Shown: positions 19,406 to 28,849 of the stretch, piece after piece
Layout: every line of letters begins with the position of its first letter
Position numbering within the stretch: position 1 is the stretch's first letter
Origin: an archaeon
GTDB taxonomy: Archaea; EX4484-52; WAPT01
Length of the DNA: 64,000 nt
Assembly (NCBI GenBank): GCA_029258795.1
Contig: JAPDKB010000008.1
Span: forward strand, 80,043-144,042
Direction of reading: 5' to 3'
The notes under the pieces: generated by a model
Told to the model about the DNA's origin: nothing
The model's database searches: none
Seen by the model: the letters and a program-made list of their open reading frames with translations, nothing else
Translations under genes and position numbers: made by a program

Positions 19406-19502
19406 TTTTGTATACTGACATGAACATAAAATATTTAAAGTTTGTATCCACACTTTTGTATACCGACATGAACATAAACATCGTTTTGGTTCTGAACCAA
19501 AA
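19406..19502 (+). promoter_or_regulatory. Thermosome promoter: two 25-bp direct repeats flanking the TATA box, plus a palindrome
   Basis: TTTTGTATAC(T/C)GACATGAACATAAA at 19406-19430 and 19454-19478 around TTTAAA; TTTTGGTTC-T-GAACCAAAA at 19484-19502. Confidence 0.75.
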
Positions 19503-19526
19503 ATTATGGTATGGAGGTGATGTGAG

Positions 19527-21164
19527 ATGTATGGAGGTGGAGGAGCGGCTCAACCAATTTTGATACTACCCGAAAATGTGATAAGGCAGACAGGTAGAAC
19601 CGCTCAAAAAAACAACATCGCTGCAGCAATAGCAATAGCGGAAACTGTAAAAACGACTTTGGGTCCAAGAGGAATGGACAAGATGCTGGTGGACAGCATA
19701 GGAGATATAGTGATAACAAACGACGGTGTGACTATTCTGGAGGAAATGGAGATAGAACACCCAGCAGCAAAGATGCTGGTGGAGGTGGCTAAAGCGCAGA
19801 ATGAAGAGGTGGGAGATGGAACAACCACTGCAGTGGTTATAGCTGGAGAGTTGTTGAAGGAAGCTGAAGACCTTCTTGACAAGAACATCCACCCGACAAT
19901 AATCGCTCATGGATACAGGATGGCGAAGGATAAAGCCATAGAGGTGCTGGAGAAAATATCCAAACCTGTCACCCTGAAAGACAAGGATGTTCTCAAGAAA
20001 ATTGCAATGACATCCATGACTGGAAAGAATGCGGAAGTGGCAAGGGATAATCTTGCAGAGCTTGTTGTTGAAGCCGTGCTGACCGTTGCGGAAGAGGATA
20101 AGGGCAGGGTTGTTGTGGACCTTGACAGGATAAAGGTGGAGAAGAAGGAGGGAGCCTCAACCTCAGAGTCCGAACTCATTAAGGGTATTGTGCTGGACAA
20201 GGAGAAGGTCCATCCAGCGATGCCAACAAGAGTGGAGAATGCAAAGATTGCTCTTGTGGATATGGCACTTGAAGTAAAGGGTCCTGAGACCGATGCACAG
20301 ATCAGGATAACGGATCCGAGCCAGCTCCAGGCGTTCATAGAACAGGAGGAAAAGATGCTCAGAGAGATGGTTGAGAAAATAGCGGCAACAGGAGCAAACG
20401 TCGTGTTCTGCCAGAAGGGTATAGATGACCTGGCACAGCACTTCCTTGCTAAGAAAGGCATTCTTGCTGTCAGGAGAGTGAAGAAATCCGATATGGAAGC
20501 GCTGGCAAGGGCAACCGGAGGTAAGATAGTGACCACACTCGATGATCTTAGCAAAGAGGATTTGGGACATGCAGGAGTGGTGGAAGAGAAGAAGGTTGCA
20601 GGAGAGGCAATGATATTTGTGCGTGATTGCAAGGATCCGAAGTCAGTGACTCTGCTTGTGAGAGGAGGCACAGAACACGTGGTGGAAGAGGTTTACAGGG
20701 CTGTTGAGGATGCTCTCGGAGCTGTGGCCTCAGCACTTGAAAGCGGAAAGGTCGTTGCGGGAGGTGGAGCTGCGGAGGCAGAAGTGGCAAGGGAGCTCAG
20801 GAGGTATGCTGAAAAAGTTGGTGGTAGAGAGCAGCTGGCTATAAACGCTTTTGCCAACGCTGTTGAAGCAATATCGAAGGCGCTTGCAGAAAATGCCGGA
20901 ATGGATCCAATAGACACGCTCGTGGAGCTCAGGGCAAGGCACGACAAGGGTGAGGTTTCAGCGGGAGTTGATGTAATAGAGGGTAAGGTCGATGACATGG
21001 AGAAGCTCGGCGTTATTGAGCCACTGAAGGTCAAGACGCAAGCAATAAAGAGCGCTGCAGAAGCTGCAGAGATGATACTGCGCATAGATGACGTGATAGC
21101 AGCTAAGAAGACCGGTGGAGGCAAGGAGAGTGGTGGAGAGAACTTCGGCGCTGATTTCGAGTGA
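19527..21164 (+). CDS. ths: Thermosome (group II chaperonin) subunit
   Basis: [24 protein letters not shown] and ILRIDDVI. Confidence 0.98.
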   Translation: MYGGGGAAQPILILPENVIRQTGRTAQKNNIAAAIAIAETVKTTLGPRGMDKMLVDSIGDIVITNDGVTILEEMEIEHPAAKMLVEVAKAQNEEVGDGTTTAVVIAGELLKEAEDLLDKNIHPTIIAHGYRMAKDKAIEVLEKISKPVTLKDKDVLKKIAMTSMTGKNAEVARDNLAELVVEAVLTVAEEDKGRVVVDLDRIKVEKKEGASTSESELIKGIVLDKEKVHPAMPTRVENAKIALVDMALEVKGPETDAQIRITDPSQLQAFIEQEEKMLREMVEKIAATGANVVFCQKGIDDLAQHFLAKKGILAVRRVKKSDMEALARATGGKIVTTLDDLSKEDLGHAGVVEEKKVAGEAMIFVRDCKDPKSVTLLVRGGTEHVVEEVYRAVEDALGAVASALESGKVVAGGGAAEAEVARELRRYAEKVGGREQLAINAFANAVEAISKALAENAGMDPIDTLVELRARHDKGEVSAGVDVIEGKVDDMEKLGVIEPLKVKTQAIKSAAEAAEMILRIDDVIAAKKTGGGKESGGENFGADFE

Positions 21165-21171
21165 ATGTGAG

Positions 21172-21196
21172 GAAAGGGCTTCGGCCCTTTCTTTTT
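21172..21196 (+). terminator. Hairpin plus U-tract terminator after thermosome
   Basis: GAAAGGGC-TTCG-GCCCTTTC-TTTTT. Confidence 0.8.
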
Positions 21197-21256
21197 AGAA
21201 TTTTTCTGAACAGTATTGAAAACCTTTAAATATTTTTATCACTATATAGTAGTTAC

Positions 21257-22081
21257 ATGAAGATTGAAGAAATTGTTAGAGAAATTAAAGACAAATATTA
21301 TGCTTGCAGAAGATTAAAATCATCTTCCATCGATTCTCTTTGGAGTGAGGCAGTATATTTTTTGCTCGTGATGGACTGGGAAGACATGATAAGGGTCGTT
21401 GAGTGGCCGGAGAAGCTTGTGGGCGATCTCGCGGCAAGATATGAAAAAAGCAAAGAAGAATTTTATGACCACATTCGTGAGAAATACAGAGAGAAATACG
21501 GAGTCCTTCTATCTGAAGAACCACAAAAGAGCACAACATGGCATTTCTTAGGTGACGAAAAAACTCATCGAAAGGCAATTAGAGGTAGGGATGGTGGGAT
21601 TTACCTTCCAAAAATTTACATTAAGGTTGGTAGCAATCATCTTGCGGAAGAAGGTGGAATGGAAAGATACTTCAATATGCTTGGGAAAGTGACAGAATTA
21701 CTTTTGAACAAAGATTGGTTTTGCAAGTTAAAGATGCCGAAAGATTTCGGGAAGTATGTTGTAAGGAAGGACGGCTGTATTTTTTATCTAAAAGATCATG
21801 ATGCTGTGGGATTGAGCGAATCTTTGAACGACATCTATAGAGTCGTACGTAATACTTTCGGAAAAGATGCACGGCTCGTGCTAGGCTACGACAGAATAAA
21901 AGATGGAGGAGAAGACAGCTATTCAGAGGTTCTCGCCAACACTATCGTGGAACTGAGTAGAAGCAACAACTACAGAAATATGGGTGAGGCGCTTAGAGAT
22001 GCGATCTTGCAAATTGAGAAAAACATTGGTGGTGTTTACGGGCATCTAGCTAGAGATTTCGGCCCGTTCACCAACATTTAA
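21257..22081 (+). CDS. Hypothetical protein with HopA1-like (phospho-Ser/Thr lyase fold) motif pattern
   Basis: Motifs in order: W(HF), KIYI, KLK, VRKDGCIFY, LGYD and SYSEVLA. Recognised by eye only. Confidence 0.5.
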   Translation: MKIEEIVREIKDKYYACRRLKSSSIDSLWSEAVYFLLVMDWEDMIRVVEWPEKLVGDLAARYEKSKEEFYDHIREKYREKYGVLLSEEPQKSTTWHFLGDEKTHRKAIRGRDGGIYLPKIYIKVGSNHLAEEGGMERYFNMLGKVTELLLNKDWFCKLKMPKDFGKYVVRKDGCIFYLKDHDAVGLSESLNDIYRVVRNTFGKDARLVLGYDRIKDGGEDSYSEVLANTIVELSRSNNYRNMGEALRDAILQIEKNIGGVYGHLARDFGPFTNI

Positions 22082-22114
22082 AAGTTTTAGAAACCCATTT
22101 TACTGAGGGTTCTC

Positions 22115-23038
22115 TTGCATGCAAAAAGTGTGGTGAGCGCAAAGGACTTCACAAAGAGCTGGCTGGTTGATTTCTTTTCCTTGGTTTCGCGTGTGAAGAA
22201 CAACATGGATGCGTTCAGAAACAAGCTTGATGGGAAGCTCGCTGCCCTTCTGTTCTTCGAGCCATCAACCAGAACTCACGAAAGTTTTAGAGTGGCTGCA
22301 TTGAATTTGGGTATGGACATATGCGGGTTTGCCGATCCCAAAGCGAGTTCTGTGGCAAAGGGCGAGTCCTTGATGGACACTGTGAAAATGTTCGTTGGAT
22401 ATGGAGTTGATGTAATAATAATGAGACACGGGAAGGCAGGAGCAGTAAGATATATAGCTGAGAGAGTCAACATTCCTGTGATAAACGCTGGAGATGACAG
22501 TAATGAGCATCCCACACAGGCGTTGCTCGATACCTACACCATTCATGAAGCTTTCGGCAAAATCGACGGGCTTAAGGTCGGGATGATAGGTGACCTCCGC
22601 TACGGAAGGACGGTGCCTTCATTGGCTTACGCTCTGTCCAATTTCGATGTGGAGATGCATTTCATAGCTCCTCCAGCCCTGATGCTCAGGGAGCACGTGC
22701 GCATGTTTCTGGAGGAGAGAGGCGCAGATTTTCACGAGCATGATGTTTCATCTCTTTCCTCCATTCTGCCAGAGCTTGATGTGCTTTATGTAACGAGAAT
22801 TCAGAAGGAGAGGATACCTGATGAGATGGAATACGAGAAGGTAAGGAGGAGTTACACTGTAACGCGGGAACTGCTGAAAAATGCCAAGGAGAGCTTGATT
22901 GTTATGCACCCATTGCCCAGAGTTGATGAGATAAGGTCAGAGGTTGATGGGACAAAGCACGCTCTTTACTTCAGGCAGGCATCCAACGGCATGTATGTCA
23001 GGATGGCTCTCCTGTATTCCATCCTAAAGGAGGGATAG
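22115..23038 (+). CDS. pyrB: Aspartate carbamoyltransferase catalytic subunit
   Basis: FFEPSTRT, INAGD..EHPTQ, YVTRIQKER and MHPLPR. Confidence 0.97.
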   Translation: MHAKSVVSAKDFTKSWLVDFFSLVSRVKNNMDAFRNKLDGKLAALLFFEPSTRTHESFRVAALNLGMDICGFADPKASSVAKGESLMDTVKMFVGYGVDVIIMRHGKAGAVRYIAERVNIPVINAGDDSNEHPTQALLDTYTIHEAFGKIDGLKVGMIGDLRYGRTVPSLAYALSNFDVEMHFIAPPALMLREHVRMFLEERGADFHEHDVSSLSSILPELDVLYVTRIQKERIPDEMEYEKVRRSYTVTRELLKNAKESLIVMHPLPRVDEIRSEVDGTKHALYFRQASNGMYVRMALLYSILKEG

Positions 23039-23039
23039 G

Positions 23040-23522
23040 ATGAAGGATGGTGAGTTACTTGTAAGGAAGATAAATGAGGGTGTGGTGATAGACCACATAA
23101 GAGTGGGGAGAGGTAAGATTATTTTGAGCATGCTCGGCGTGGATGAGAAGTACAGGTTCGTGCTGGTTTCGAATGTTGAAAGCAGGAAGCTCGGCAGAAA
23201 AGATCTCATAAAGGTGGAGGGCTGGTTTCCGAAAAAGGAGGAGATGGAGATAATAGCCCTGGTTTCGGGAGAGGTCACCATAAACATAGTGAAGAATAAT
23301 GAAGTTGTGGAAAAGTTCAAGGTGAGTCCTCCTTCAAGGGTGGAGGGCTTTGTCAAATGCAGGAACCCTAGATGCATAACCAACGATGAGAGGGAAAAGG
23401 AGTTTGTGAAACCTTTACTGGAGAAGGTAAGTGGCTCGCCCCTCATTTATTCATGTCATTATTGCGACGTCAGGATGGATGAGAGTGAGATTCTGCGCAA
23501 CCTCACAGTTTCAGGGAGGTGA
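23040..23522 (+). CDS. pyrI: Aspartate carbamoyltransferase regulatory subunit
   Basis: GVVIDHI, KDLIKVE, CRNPRCIT and CHYC. Confidence 0.95.
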   Translation: MKDGELLVRKINEGVVIDHIRVGRGKIILSMLGVDEKYRFVLVSNVESRKLGRKDLIKVEGWFPKKEEMEIIALVSGEVTINIVKNNEVVEKFKVSPPSRVEGFVKCRNPRCITNDEREKEFVKPLLEKVSGSPLIYSCHYCDVRMDESEILRNLTVSGR

Positions 23523-24360
23523 GCAGTTTTCTTGCTTCACCCCACCTCCTCGCTTTTCCGAAAGCGGAAAGGTAAGCGGTCACATATTTCCATGGTGTGC
23601 AATCGAAGGCAGGATTCAAAATTTCCACATTCTTTCCTAACTCCTTCGGGTTTATTATTTCGGCAGGAGACCTCATCTCTATCTCCAGCTTCTCAATCCT
23701 TTTGTCAACCTTCAGAACATCTCCCACAAAGTAACATGGCTTCCTTATCTCTTTTGCAAAGACCGCCATCATGCACGTGCCCACCTTGTTATATATCCCC
23801 TCCCTCCTTACGGCATCACACCCGAACATGAACTTGGTGATCTCATCCTTAAAATGACTCAAAGCTGTGTCCACCACGTAAATCACTTTGATGCCTGCTT
23901 CGCTCAACTCTCTCGCTGTTATGATGCCCTGCATTTTGGGTCGGGTTTCCGTCACGATGACGGTAAATTCCTTGCCCTGCTTTCTCGCCTCCTTGAGAAG
24001 GGCTACGAGTTCGCTTGAATGGCAGTGTGTAGCAATAACCTCTCCATTTTTTATTATGTGGTGCCACTCCTTCCCAATGTTTTGTGCTACGTTTTTCAGG
24101 TAGGAAATCAGCTTTTCAACATCCTCCAGCTTTTCTGCTTTTTTTGCCAGCTTCATCGCGTTGTAAAGCACGGATTGTGTGGGTCTCAATGCTGCAAGTT
24201 CATCCGCAAGTTTGGAAAAACCTTCATCAAAGCTATGGATGGAAGCGTAGTCCCTGAGAAGCTGGAGGCATGCAATTGTTATGTTTCTCGCGCCCTGAAT
24301 CTTCAGCTCTTTGATGTCGTGCACCACCACTCTTACCTTTTTTCTGAGCTTCTCGTCCAT
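23503..24360 (-). CDS. Ribose-1,5-bisphosphate isomerase / eIF2B-like protein
   Basis: KIQGA, RPT, THCHSS, TETRP, NKVGT and NPAFD. Confidence 0.85.
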   Translation of the reverse strand: MDEKLRKKVRVVVHDIKELKIQGARNITIACLQLLRDYASIHSFDEGFSKLADELAALRPTQSVLYNAMKLAKKAEKLEDVEKLISYLKNVAQNIGKEWHHIIKNGEVIATHCHSSELVALLKEARKQGKEFTVIVTETRPKMQGIITARELSEAGIKVIYVVDTALSHFKDEITKFMFGCDAVRREGIYNKVGTCMMAVFAKEIRKPCYFVGDVLKVDKRIEKLEIEMRSPAEIINPKELGKNVEILNPAFDCTPWKYVTAYLSAFGKARRWGEARKLLTSLKL

Positions 24361-24405
24361 GTTTTTTCATTGTGGTGAAATCAAAATATAAAGAATTGCG
24401 GTAAA

Positions 24406-25056
24406 ATGATGATTATGGTTATATTCAAGGACAGGGCGGAAGCGGGGAGGATGCTTGCTGAGAAGCTTTCGGAGTATAAGGGTAGGGAGGACGCTGTTGT
24501 CTGCGGGATAACGAGAGGGGGTGTCGTTGTGGCTGCTGAAGTAGCAAGAATTCTTTCTCTTCCGCTTTTGCCCGTGGTAATGAAAAAGATAGGAGCACCC
24601 TTTAACAAAGAATTTGCGATAGGTAGTGTGGATGCTGATGGAAACGTTTATCTGAGCGATGAAGCTATGATGATCACCTCTTCCAACTACATTGAGGAGG
24701 AAGCGGAGAGGTTGAGGGATGAGATCAAGGAAAAGCTGGAGTATTATGGTGTGAAGGGGGAGGTTGTGGAAAGGATGGCGAAGGGGAAGGTCTGTATAGT
24801 GGTGGATGACGGTGTTGCCACCGGCCTCACAACGGTTGGTGCATCCAATTATCTCAAAAGAAAAGGCGCCAAAAAAGTTGTTCTTGCGGTGCCGGTTGCT
24901 CCTGCGGAAAGTGCGGACAAGCTGAAAGAGCATTTTGATGAGGTTGTTGTGGTGCATGCGCCCCAACAATTCTATGCAGTCAGCCAGTTTTACAGGAACT
25001 TCGAGCAGGTGAGTGATGAAGAAGTTAGAAGGATTCTTGAGGAACTGAAGTCATGA
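24406..25056 (+). CDS. Phosphoribosyltransferase-family protein
   Basis: [24 protein letters not shown] and FEQVSDEEV. Confidence 0.9.
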   Translation: MMIMVIFKDRAEAGRMLAEKLSEYKGREDAVVCGITRGGVVVAAEVARILSLPLLPVVMKKIGAPFNKEFAIGSVDADGNVYLSDEAMMITSSNYIEEEAERLRDEIKEKLEYYGVKGEVVERMAKGKVCIVVDDGVATGLTTVGASNYLKRKGAKKVVLAVPVAPAESADKLKEHFDEVVVVHAPQQFYAVSQFYRNFEQVSDEEVRRILEELKS

Positions 25057-26073
25057 GAACGAAAATAGGGTTTTCTGTGCTTTTGCCTTCTCAGCTTCCT
25101 CAAGCTTGGCGAGAGCATTCTCTACCCTTTCCTGCGAGAACTCGTGCTCATCAACCAGAATCTTGATTATCTTTTCTTTATCAAGCTGTGGAAACTCTAT
25201 CTCAACATCCTCTACCGGAGGGTTCATGAAAAATTCAAAGATTGCGTGGGGGTCAACATCATGCTCCCATTTAACATGGATGAGGATGCGATCCAGCGTT
25301 CTGTAGGTTTTCACAAGCTGCAATGCTTTTTTCGGTCCTATGCCTTTCACGCCTTCAGGATTGTAGTCCGTTCCGATAAGAATTCCCATTATTATGAGCT
25401 CTTCCCTGCTTATTTTCAACGTGTTGAGCACCTCCTCCAGCTCTATGAGCTCGGGATGCACCTCCTTGTAGTAAGGCTTGCCCGGAACCTTCCTCTTACC
25501 CGTTATGTTCAGATTTCTGACAAGCCTCGGAGAGCCAAAAAGCAAGGAATCCATGTCTTGGCTCACGGAAGCGTATGCCTGACCCTTCCTCACGAGGTGT
25601 GCGGCTTGCGCTTCCCCCTCAGACGGGGCCTGCACAACCGCTATGCCCATGGCCTGCAGAAGCTCCTTCGATTCCTTCACCATCTCTTCATCCAAACTTA
25701 CGGCTGCCTGCGCGTATTTCCTAGCTTCCTCCAGATCTCCTGCTTCCAGAGCTTCCTTCCATTTCTGTGCGGCTTCCTGCCTTATTCTCTCCCTCTCCTC
25801 TATCGTTTTTTCCTTGAAGGTTGGTTTCTCTCCGTCGAACACATAAACCAGCTTCAAACCCTTCTCAAGCAAATTAACATTTCTGTAGAACAGGCCGGAA
25901 AGATGGGATGTTATGCGCCCTTTAGAATCTTTTAGTGGTGTGCCGTCAGCCTGCCTTATTATGCTGAGAAATTGATAGATTGCGTTGAAGGCATCAACAG
26001 CCAGAACCTTGTGGGCAAGATCCTCGATCTTTATCTCTCTCTTCGGCACGATCTCGCTTATTTTGACGCCCAT
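25051..26073 (-). CDS. fen: Flap endonuclease 1
   Basis: [27 protein letters not shown] and C-terminal PIP box QKTLFSF. Confidence 0.97.
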   Translation of the reverse strand: MGVKISEIVPKREIKIEDLAHKVLAVDAFNAIYQFLSIIRQADGTPLKDSKGRITSHLSGLFYRNVNLLEKGLKLVYVFDGEKPTFKEKTIEERERIRQEAAQKWKEALEAGDLEEARKYAQAAVSLDEEMVKESKELLQAMGIAVVQAPSEGEAQAAHLVRKGQAYASVSQDMDSLLFGSPRLVRNLNITGKRKVPGKPYYKEVHPELIELEEVLNTLKISREELIIMGILIGTDYNPEGVKGIGPKKALQLVKTYRTLDRILIHVKWEHDVDPHAIFEFFMNPPVEDVEIEFPQLDKEKIIKILVDEHEFSQERVENALAKLEEAEKAKAQKTLFSFS

Positions 26074-26116
26074 GAATTAAGTGTGGGAAGGAAAGATTTA
26101 AATGAGAATTCTCATT

Positions 26117-27361
26117 TCAGGCGGGACAGGAATAGGCAAGAGCAACATAGTCCCCTGTGGTCACAGGCTGGTTATTTGAATCTGCAAAGGTTATGTCGGT
26201 AAAGGCTGATTCTAATGTTGCGGATAGGGTTGCGCAGTTTCCAACTTTAGTGGTAGAATATATTGCCTCACGTATGCAGTGTTTTGTTGTGGCATCGTAT
26301 ATTGGATGGTCAGCAGGACAGTAAACACAAACATTATCCACATCGTCTTCCTGAATGAAAACTTCTCCAGCTTCAGTGGGTGGGCAGCGGGGTGTTTTGT
26401 AGCACACTTTATCTTCTTTGTCGAATTTCGGATAATCAGATGGGCATTTATAACATTTTCCATTAAGTGCTACATACCCATTTGGGCAGCACCAATATCT
26501 CTCTCCTATGTTCGTGGTAAAACTTCCGTCACAATAATATCCGGACGGACAATAAATATAGAGATAACCAAAAAATGATGGGTCTTCTATTTTAAAACAT
26601 ATTTCCGCACCACTCGGTACACAACCTGGTGCACCACAGGAAGGTGATCGTAAGGCATTTACAATATCAGAAGGGTTCATGTCGTTCCTAGATTTCGTGA
26701 TCCTCGGTACGGGATCTGCCCCTATAATTAGTTTTGTGGGAGGATTGGCTCCAAAATCGCACACCGTTATCTTCACATTACAACCTGCCTTTGGAAGAGA
26801 AAGAGGTATAGTCGATATTCCCGCATTTGAGCCATCATCCTTGAAAATTATCACACCCTGCAACGGCATGCTTCCGCCTGTTGTTCCTCCTGCGGCAAGT
26901 AGATCAGCCGCATCATAACCATCAAGCTTATCGGCATTCAATCCAGTAGATACATCCCCGCTCGCGTCAATTGTCACAGTGCCACCGTTCAAAATCAGGT
27001 TTCCGCTCGAGTCTTCTCGGACGGATGAAGAGGTGAGAGTGTCCGGATCATCCCACTTGGCGAGGAAGTTTGATGTGCCAGAACCATCGATACCGGAGGT
27101 GCCTGCGGGTATTGACGAGCACACCTTACCTGACGCGTCAAAACCAGAAACAAAGCTACCTGTGGGGCACGCGCCCAGTGAGCTCCAGTTGATCACGTTC
27201 GCTGCTATTTTTTCGCCATCAGGGGAGATTGGTTGGCCGTTTCTTGTGAGTATTTCATCTAGGTAGTGGTATACTTGGGAATGAGAAGCGTTTACGATCA
27301 CAACAACGACTGAAAGAATTACGATACTAGAAATGAACAACAAACGATCATATCTCATCAT
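26117..27361 (-). CDS. Secreted fibre/adhesin-like protein with Cys-rich C-terminal repeats
   Basis: Signal peptide; GSGTSNFLAKW and LNADKLDG fibre-like motifs; repeated CPxxY...C units. Confidence 0.7.
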   Translation of the reverse strand: MMRYDRLLFISSIVILSVVVVIVNASHSQVYHYLDEILTRNGQPISPDGEKIAANVINWSSLGACPTGSFVSGFDASGKVCSSIPAGTSGIDGSGTSNFLAKWDDPDTLTSSSVREDSSGNLILNGGTVTIDASGDVSTGLNADKLDGYDAADLLAAGGTTGGSMPLQGVIIFKDDGSNAGISTIPLSLPKAGCNVKITVCDFGANPPTKLIIGADPVPRITKSRNDMNPSDIVNALRSPSCGAPGCVPSGAEICFKIEDPSFFGYLYIYCPSGYYCDGSFTTNIGERYWCCPNGYVALNGKCYKCPSDYPKFDKEDKVCYKTPRCPPTEAGEVFIQEDDVDNVCVYCPADHPIYDATTKHCIREAIYSTTKVGNCATLSATLESAFTDITFADSNNQPVTTGDYVALAYSCPA

Positions 27362-27386
27362 GTTGGTTTAATCTTGCTCTGTGAAA

Positions 27387-27974
27387 TTATATATGTTTTT
27401 TCATCTCCCTCCATTCTTCAAAAGTCAGGACTTTCCCCACAATGTGCCCTCTGCTTATGTAGCCAAAGAAGCGGGAATCGAAGGAATCCTCTTCATTCAC
27501 CTCTTCTCCAAGCACCAGAAAGCTGTTGGCAGGAATTTTTCCGTTCTGTAAAGGAATGCTCAAAATCTTCTTTGCTCTCTCCGAGAACACATATGGCTGG
27601 TTGTTGCTGTTCCGGAGCAGGTTTCCGTTCAGGAACAGGTGAACTCCCTCGAATCTCACTTCATCTCCCGGCAAGCCGACAATCCTCTTAACGAAAATCT
27701 CAGTTCTTGTCTTGAACTTTATGGCCACGATATCCCCTCTCCTTACAGGATTGCAGTCATAATAACCACGCAGCAAAACCACTTCCTGTCCGTTCATTAA
27801 AACTGGTTGCAGGGATGTTCCTCTCACCCTGTGTTCCTCAGCCGTCACACAACTCATATTGATGCTTGTCCAGCTATCCGCACTATTTTGTGGCTTTCCG
27901 TGCAGGACGTAAGTAAAGGTAAACCACGCAGTCATAACCAGCAGCAAAATTGCAACGATAATTTTCAATCTCAT
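27387..27974 (-). CDS. lepB: Signal peptidase I, bacterial (Ser-Lys) type
   Basis: GTSLQP, RGDIV, FVKRIVGLPGD and DSRFFG. Confidence 0.88.
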   Translation of the reverse strand: MRLKIIVAILLLVMTAWFTFTYVLHGKPQNSADSWTSINMSCVTAEEHRVRGTSLQPVLMNGQEVVLLRGYYDCNPVRRGDIVAIKFKTRTEIFVKRIVGLPGDEVRFEGVHLFLNGNLLRNSNNQPYVFSERAKKILSIPLQNGKIPANSFLVLGEEVNEEDSFDSRFFGYISRGHIVGKVLTFEEWREMKKHI

Positions 27975-28019
27975 TGTTTTGAAATAGCGGGTTAAAACGA
28001 TAAAAAAGTTGTCAACCAG

Positions 28020-28460
28020 ATGAGTTCCATGATGGATGTTAAAAGGAAAAAGCGGTATGAGCAGAAACTCGACGAGCTTATCGACAGGCTGGAGTTCATA
28101 CAGGAAAACCTGCCAGCCAAGAGAGAATTTCTGGAAAACAGGATAATCAGGAAAGCACTCTACAAAGAGTTTCAGGAAGCCGTGGAGATCGTTTCTGATA
28201 TAGCAGCCATGATGGTGAAGGATAACGGGAAACTTGTGAAGGATGACTACTCAAACCTGGAAGCTTCGGCCAAAATTTTGGGACTGAAGGGAACAACGGT
28301 TGAACTCCTGAAGCGTGCTCACGGCTTGAGAAATGTGCTCGTGCACGAGTACAACGGTATAGTGGATGAGATGGCCTATGATGCTATAAGGGAAGTTTTA
28401 CCTGCAATTGAGACATTTTTCAAAAGGGTGGAAGAATGGTTGAGGAGCTGGAAAAGCTGA
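28020..28460 (+). CDS. HEPN (DUF86/HepT-like) RNase toxin
   Basis: GLRNVLVHEY (RX4H motif). Confidence 0.88.
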   Translation: MSSMMDVKRKKRYEQKLDELIDRLEFIQENLPAKREFLENRIIRKALYKEFQEAVEIVSDIAAMMVKDNGKLVKDDYSNLEASAKILGLKGTTVELLKRAHGLRNVLVHEYNGIVDEMAYDAIREVLPAIETFFKRVEEWLRSWKS

Positions 28461-28825
28461 AGGAGAAAATTGCAAATGACTTCTCGTTCCTGCTGAACGA
28501 TGTGCTGGGCGTAATCCTTTTCGGTTCGGTCGTGATGAACAAGAGCACACCCCGCTCCGATATAGATGTGTGTGTGGTCGTCGGCACAACATCCAAAAGT
28601 GAGGTCAAGAGGATATTCGATAACATTCTCAGCTCTGGTGTCACGCAGCGATACGATGTGAAAATATTTGAAATGCTTCCGCTCCACCTGAAAGGAGAAG
28701 TGCTGGAGAATGGAGTAATTGTTGCAAGCAAGGATGAGAGAGAACTGAGCTACTACCTCCATAAGTACAGAAAGATGTGGCAGGATCATGAAATCAAGAT
28801 GAAGAAGCTCGGAATAAAACCATGA
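28436..28825 (+). CDS. Minimal nucleotidyltransferase (MNT) antitoxin
   Basis: LFGS..SDIDVCVV and LPLHLK; overlaps the HEPN gene. Confidence 0.88.
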   Translation: MVEELEKLKEKIANDFSFLLNDVLGVILFGSVVMNKSTPRSDIDVCVVVGTTSKSEVKRIFDNILSSGVTQRYDVKIFEMLPLHLKGEVLENGVIVASKDERELSYYLHKYRKMWQDHEIKMKKLGIKP

Positions 28826-28849
28826 AAGAAATCCCACATGATAATTTTT

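Noticed and set aside
19406-19478. Mini-CRISPR array from the 25-bp direct repeats
   Set aside because: Only two copies, a 23-nt spacer containing the TATA box, and no cas genes; better explained as operators.
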